Shown here one piece after another: positions 7,736-11,891 of a stretch of DNA of 11,891 nucleotides (its first letter is position 1; every line of letters starts with the position of its first letter). The notes under the pieces are model-generated. The model searched no databases. It saw only the letters and a program-made list of their open reading frames with translations, and was not told the origin of the DNA. Source of the stretch: Methanomicrobiales archaeon (lineage in GTDB: Archaea > Halobacteriota > Methanomicrobia > Methanomicrobiales > Methanospirillaceae); assembly GCA_037137755.1 (NCBI GenBank), contig JBAXJR010000059.1, positions 1 through 11,891 of the forward strand. The letters run 5' to 3'. A program made the translations under genes and the position numbers.

Positions 7736-8509
7736 TTATGGGAAAAATGGAGCGCTGGAAAGTATTTTGCCAGTCCTCGCATCAATCGTCACCGTCATAC
7801 CTACCAGGCTGGGTGGGGAGGCAATTTTCCCTGTGCGTGAATCAATGTATCGTATTCTTCCAACCCATGCATTCGGGTCTGTCGGTGTCCCTGATAATGT
7901 GACTACCCAGACCTGCTTTTTGATATTCGTTCCGATGCTATTTCCCGGACTTTGTGTGGTCAGTGTTGCAACGGGATCCGATGTCAGAATGATACTGTTA
8001 CCAATAGACTCAACCGCGATACGAATTGCGTACTCTTTGGGTATGGTAGGGTAATTCAAATTTGAAACGGCGAAACTTTGTGGATTTGTTGATCCCGGGT
8101 CTGTGGACACATTTATTGCAGCGGGTGTCTTTTCCGGAATGGTGGGTTGAAGGGAAGATGGAGTATACTTCACAGCAGGTATGGTCTTAATCGTCGCCTG
8201 GGTCGGGAGGGGTTTTGCGATTATGGGTGATGGGTTTGTCTTGGGTAATAACGAATTCGAATATGGATCTAATCTATCAGTCGAAGTTGGGGTAAAGATA
8301 TACCTACTCTGGGGCTCACCAATTCTGCCGTTTGTCCATACCCCCGTTGAGTTATCATAATAACTCCAATCTTTACCAGACATATCGTTTAAAATTGAGA
8401 TGTCTCCATTTTCCATATGCACAATTTCAATGACCGCAGCAACCGGAGCAACACAAAACCCAATGAGTATGAGGCCAAGTATTAGATACAGCAATCCTTT
8501 TCGACCCAT
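7736..8509 (-). CDS. Secreted protein: shared chassis plus C-terminal PepSY-like domain
   Basis: Signal peptide MGRKGLLYLILGLILIGFCVAPVAA; start moved from 8563 because the RBS cassette precedes 8509. Same linker motif. PepSY signature IPKEYAIRIA...VWVVTL...VTIDARTGKIL. Confidence 0.82.
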   Translation of the reverse strand: MGRKGLLYLILGLILIGFCVAPVAAVIEIVHMENGDISILNDMSGKDWSYYDNSTGVWTNGRIGEPQSRYIFTPTSTDRLDPYSNSLLPKTNPSPIIAKPLPTQATIKTIPAVKYTPSSLQPTIPEKTPAAINVSTDPGSTNPQSFAVSNLNYPTIPKEYAIRIAVESIGNSIILTSDPVATLTTQSPGNSIGTNIKKQVWVVTLSGTPTDPNAWVGRIRYIDSRTGKIASPPSLVGMTVTIDARTGKILSSAPFFP

Positions 8510-8556
8510 TTGATCCTCATCCTCCTTTTTCGCAACATGGCTGATAAATATGGTTG
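8439..8556. repeat. Copy 2 of the ~118-bp promoter + RBS + signal-peptide cassette
   Basis: See 7586-7703. Confidence 0.9.
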
Positions 8557-8562
8557 GCTCCA

Positions 8563-8874
8563 TTACTGGATTGGCATTCTATACGGAAACGGTAATTTGG
8601 CAGTAAAGGCCGGGTAAAAACCAGAGAACGGTGAGAATTGGATTGCAAGGCAAGAATCACACGTAGTGGAATTTATGTCATATGGCCTTGCAACATTTTT
8701 TGGATACTGGTTTGATTCAGAATATACCGGCAATGTAAATAAGCTATATTTCGACAATGTAGAATATTCACGATTTTGGTAAAGTGTTCCTGCTGACACC
8801 ACAGGAACTAATAACAGGCCAATAGCAACCAGGACAATTAAAATTTTGATTGGTGATCCCTTTACTATGGACAT
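8563..8874 (-). CDS. Small secreted protein (103 aa) with a CxxC motif
   Basis: Signal peptide ending VPVVSA-G and a CDSC motif. GGGGGA RBS lies 6 nt upstream, inside the 68-bp repeat. Confidence 0.7.
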   Translation of the reverse strand: MSIVKGSPIKILIVLVAIGLLLVPVVSAGTLYQNREYSTLSKYSLFTLPVYSESNQYPKNVARPYDINSTTCDSCLAIQFSPFSGFYPAFTAKLPFPYRMPIQ

Positions 8875-8880
8875 ATGGTT

Positions 8881-8948
8881 TCCCCCATTATCGATACCTG
8901 AGTCACGGTCTATAATAAATTGTTAGGATGGGACAGGGTCAATGGTTT
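8881..8948 (-). promoter_or_regulatory. 68-bp perfect direct repeat, copy 1; promoter/RBS cassette for the 8874 start
   Basis: Identical to 10713-10780. The minus strand reads ...ACAATTTATTATAGACC...TAATGGGGGA (TATA-like box and RBS). Confidence 0.85.
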
Positions 8949-8988
8949 TGTCATTACGAATTTAATTTATCAAGAACCATTACCCAAT

Positions 8989-9372
8989 ATGAAATTCAAG
9001 GAAATCATTTTAGGCATCTTTATTTTATTAATTCTTTTTTTTGTTGTCCTTACAGTATTTCCTACACCTGTACATGATGTGTTGTACGGAAAATACGTAG
9101 ATGGATCTGTTGCGGTTACCGCATTACATTCAGGAAATGATATTCTCGTCACAAATTACGGAGGTCCGGATCTGATTTACACAGAATACATAAAAGTCAT
9201 TTATAATAACCAAACTTACCTTTTAAATCGGGAACTCGGTTCAACGCTCACTTTACCTTATAACGAGAAATACATCACTATTGATGTAGGAATATTGAAA
9301 ACGCATTTATTGGGATCTGAAATTAAAGACTTCAATCGTACCTTTGATTTGACCGAAAAGGCAACGAGCTAA
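8989..9372 (+). CDS. Membrane-anchored protein with an archaeal pilin-like globular domain (127 aa)
   Basis: N-terminal TM helix. VAVTALHSGNDILVTNYGGPD resembles the 'VAVTA...I.VT..GG.D' stretch I recall from methanogen type IV pilins. Start moved from 8920 to ATG 8989; TTTAATTTAT at 8961-8970 suggests a leaderless transcript. Confidence 0.7.
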   Translation: MKFKEIILGIFILLILFFVVLTVFPTPVHDVLYGKYVDGSVAVTALHSGNDILVTNYGGPDLIYTEYIKVIYNNQTYLLNRELGSTLTLPYNEKYITIDVGILKTHLLGSEIKDFNRTFDLTEKATS

Positions 9373-9388
9373 ATACCAAAATTACTGG

Positions 9389-9420
9389 GTGTGAGTGGCC
9401 CTCTTCCACTCCACTGACAC
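9389..9420. terminator. Inverted repeat between convergent genes
   Basis: GTGTGAGTGG (9389-9398) pairs with CCACTGACAC (9411-9420) at 9/10 positions. An alternative stem is GAGTGG/CCACTC. Confidence 0.35.
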
Positions 9421-9431
9421 GGAAACAAATA

Positions 9432-9776
9432 TTATTTAATGGTCCTATAAGGGCCAGGGATCCCATTTATGTTGTCAAGATGGTCAATTTTTGAAATCAG
9501 TGGATTGAAATCTATTTTGATAGAGTCATCTCTCCAAGGATCGTCCCCCACGTATTTCCATTGCGAAGTATTTGTTGTATTGCAGCGAGTGACATTTTTG
9601 AAATAATACAAATTAAATGGCTCATCATAACGTTCAATAAGGAATCCATAACAGGGTCCACCTTCGGTGTTTGTTATAACATCACCAACATTATATTTCG
9701 GTTGATGAATCGTGCATCCGCTGACAAATATCAGTGAAAATAGAAAGATGGCAATAATCCAATGTATGCGGCCCAT
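9432..9776 (-). CDS. Small lipoprotein (114 aa), paralogue of 180..527
   Basis: Lipobox-like VSG-C21. Same scaffold and same two additional Cys as 180..527. Confidence 0.85.
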   Translation of the reverse strand: MGRIHWIIAIFLFSLIFVSGCTIHQPKYNVGDVITNTEGGPCYGFLIERYDEPFNLYYFKNVTRCNTTNTSQWKYVGDDPWRDDSIKIDFNPLISKIDHLDNINGIPGPYRTIK

Positions 9777-9836
9777 TCCTTTATCCCCCTGCGAGGTTAT
9801 TTTCCTCCAAAAAGCGAATATGCGATTTCAAAAACC

Positions 9837-10706
9837 CTATTTGTTAAATGAGGGATATATAGGGAAGATATTTCGAACATTGTTCATTGAGGCAATCTTC
9901 CTTAGATTTTTCAATGGTACTAATCCGTTAATCTGCCAATAGTCTTCACCATATTTTCCCGTATCTCTGCTGAATTCCTTTAAAACGTACGGTTGAATTA
10001 AATCTAAATTTGAACCAGGATCCAACCATATATGAACCGCTACTACATCTCCAACGATCTCTCCCTGATATCCGAGTTGGCTTGCCGGGATTATGACATT
10101 GATCCTAACCAGTGAATTGTATATATTTTGTTTAAAATCGGGACTAAATACAGGGAAATCTGGATTAATGAGAATTAAAAGATCTGTGGATATTTTTAAT
10201 TCTTCAGGTGGCAGGGTTTTAATGTAAGCGTTTAAGATGTCTATTTGTTCATTTTGAATCGTTTCGTTCGATTCCTGACCCAGGCCGTTTTCTCCCGCAT
10301 TTCCCCCCGGAGTATATTTGGATCCACTAAGGGAACTGGAAGGCTTTATACGATAATTTGCGACGGCATTCCCTGTTTTCGAATAATTTGTCGTATGGAA
10401 TACCGTTGAAGAAGAAAGACCCATGGTAGGAATGAATGAAGGATTTGCCCCACTAACTGATGGGGAAATCGGAAGGGTGGGGGTTGCTCCCTTTGAAGGG
10501 GAATATGTGAATGGAATCGTCTTTGGAGTAACAACGGTAGATGTAGGAGTATAATTCACCACAGGTAAGGTCTTAATGGCCTTCTGGGTTGGAAAATAGT
10601 TGATGGTTTTTCCTGCGGATACTGCGGGGACGAATAGTATTCCGATAAGTGCGATGACGGCAAGAATCGCAATATAATGATTCAAGAATTTATTGGCCTT
10701 TGTCAA
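9837..10706 (-). CDS. Secreted protein with Pro/Thr/Ser linker and stand-alone subtilisin-propeptide(I9)-like domain
   Basis: TTG start at the same spacing from the 68-bp cassette as the ATG at 8874. Signal peptide ending VPAVSA-G. KISTDLLILINP...GDVVAVHIWLDP...IQPYV...GLVPLKNLRKIASMNNVRNI matches my recollection of methanogen S8 protease prodomains. The ORF stops where the protease domain would begin. Confidence 0.82.
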   Translation of the reverse strand: MTKANKFLNHYIAILAVIALIGILFVPAVSAGKTINYFPTQKAIKTLPVVNYTPTSTVVTPKTIPFTYSPSKGATPTLPISPSVSGANPSFIPTMGLSSSTVFHTTNYSKTGNAVANYRIKPSSSLSGSKYTPGGNAGENGLGQESNETIQNEQIDILNAYIKTLPPEELKISTDLLILINPDFPVFSPDFKQNIYNSLVRINVIIPASQLGYQGEIVGDVVAVHIWLDPGSNLDLIQPYVLKEFSRDTGKYGEDYWQINGLVPLKNLRKIASMNNVRNIFPIYPSFNK

Positions 10707-10712
10707 GGATAG

Positions 10713-10780
10713 TCCCCCATTATCGATACCTGAGTCACGGTCTATAATAAATTGTTAGGATGGGACAGGGTCAATGGTTT
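10713..10780 (-). promoter_or_regulatory. 68-bp perfect direct repeat, copy 2; promoter/RBS cassette for the 10706 start
   Basis: Identical to 8881-8948 (offset 1832). Confidence 0.85.
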
Positions 10781-10872
10781 GCTTGCGGATTGTCATTTTT
10801 TAAGATATTTATAAAATTTCAATCACGCTAAACCCCAAAATTTATTGTTCCGTGCATCATTTTGACAATTAT

Positions 10873-11832
10873 ATGGGGAAACTATTTTTTGTTCTGTTGA
10901 TTGGGCTGTTTCTTTTTGTTGCCGGATGTATGCAACCAGGTCCCGGTGGAAATAATACTACCATTACCACGGACTCAAAACCGGCTACGCCTGTCCCAAC
11001 CTACGTTGAAGACAACTGGACCCCCGAACCTGTCGGGTTGTCAACATCCTACCCGGAATTTCCCCGGACGATGATGGTGTACCGGGTGATCCCCGAAGAC
11101 CCAAGAGAAAAACTTGGGGAATTATCAAAGAAATTCAACATATCGGGTGATCTGAAGATGTACGATACCAGTTGGGTCATCGAGGAATACAATAGTACGA
11201 GCCAAGAGCAGTACGTATTATCCCTGATTCCTGAATCCGGATATTTCGAATATTCGAATTCAACCCGATATTTGGATGTGAATCCCCTTGATTCACCAGA
11301 ATTTGTCCCGGATGACGATCAGGCCCGTAGAATTGGGGAGGATTATTTGAAAAATACAGGGCTGCTGCCTGACGATGCCATTTTTAATCAAATTGGACAT
11401 GGCGGAGGAGAATCACATATTGGAAATATCACAACAGTTTCCAAAACTGTCGTCATCAGTTACATGCGGAAAATAAATGGAACGATAGTAAATGACCGTA
11501 TGTCCGTAATGGTAGGGGGCGGAGGAGACATTCTGCGTGTAAGCAGCCATTGGCCGAAAGTCGAATCTTACAAAGAAATACCGTTGATTTCCCCCGAAGA
11601 AGCATTCAAAGAATTGCAGAGGAACGTTTCCTACGGTAATGTTACCAATATCAGTCTTGAATATTATTCAGGGACCCGTGACACACAATTGAGTTATATC
11701 CTCCCGGTCTATGTGTTCAGAGGGATGGGGCCTGGCTCGTGCGATGGTGAACAGGCATTTGAATACAAAATTATTGCTACACAAATAATGAATGAATCAG
11801 GGGCGATTCAGAGGTATGACTCATATTACTAG
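10873..11832 (+). CDS. Lipoprotein (319 aa) with repeated PepSY/YycH-YycI-like alpha-beta units
   Basis: MGKLFFVLLIGLFLFVAG-C lipobox; start moved from GTG 10852. Thr/Pro linker. Motifs PDDDQARRIGEDYL and ISPEEAFKEL...ISLEYY...ILPVYVFRG. A T-tract follows the stop. The fold call is tentative. Confidence 0.8.
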   Translation: MGKLFFVLLIGLFLFVAGCMQPGPGGNNTTITTDSKPATPVPTYVEDNWTPEPVGLSTSYPEFPRTMMVYRVIPEDPREKLGELSKKFNISGDLKMYDTSWVIEEYNSTSQEQYVLSLIPESGYFEYSNSTRYLDVNPLDSPEFVPDDDQARRIGEDYLKNTGLLPDDAIFNQIGHGGGESHIGNITTVSKTVVISYMRKINGTIVNDRMSVMVGGGGDILRVSSHWPKVESYKEIPLISPEEAFKELQRNVSYGNVTNISLEYYSGTRDTQLSYILPVYVFRGMGPGSCDGEQAFEYKIIATQIMNESGAIQRYDSYY

Positions 11833-11891
11833 TCTATTTTTTTGGAGGGATTAAGCCGAATGACAACCAAAATTCATAGTATTTTTCCGAT

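Noticed and set aside
180-9776. Diversity-generating retroelement or invertible segment explaining the variable lipoproteins
   Set aside because: There is no reverse transcriptase and no near-identical template/variable repeat pair. The inverted paralogues are too diverged to be recombinase inversion sites.
6307-10534. ORFs 6307..6552, 7214..7447 and 7767..8054 (+), plus 8970..9152, 9712..9942 and 10346..10534
   Set aside because: Antisense or alternative-frame shadows. The similarity between 6307..6552 and 7214..7447 simply mirrors the paralogous minus-strand genes.
6403-10780. CRISPR array or integron attC array
   Set aside because: The repeats have only 2-3 copies, lie about 0.85-1.8 kb apart, and are either coding or promoter-like without attC-type dyad symmetry.

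Overview
This window is probably from a methanogenic archaeon. A Methanomicrobiales-like host is inferred from protein styles, GGAGG/GAGGTG ribosome-binding sites and TATA-like boxes; it is not proven. The window has two parts. (1) About 570-5834 is a GC-richer plasmid/provirus-type replication module. It holds a C-terminal integrase remnant and a tightly coupled operon around a 1009-aa AEP primase / Zn-finger / P-loop ATPase (helicase-like) / wHTH Rep protein. A cluster of TTTCAGCA repeats around an AT-rich patch inside the rep gene looks like the origin. Two distant paralogous small proteins bracket the operon. (2) 180-527 and 5844-11832 form an AT-richer cluster made up only of exported or membrane-anchored proteins. 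Four of them share a signal peptide and Pro/Thr linker but carry different C-terminal domains that resemble stand-alone protease propeptides: three subtilisin/I9-like and one PepSY. None has a catalytic domain. The cluster also has duplicated promoter/RBS cassettes, including a perfect 68-bp direct repeat, and two lipoprotein paralogues with two hypervariable blocks. The most interesting candidate system is a modular, recombination-shuffled array of secreted protease-inhibitor-like proteins next to a mobile replicon. All domain calls come from reading motifs by eye; no searches were run.
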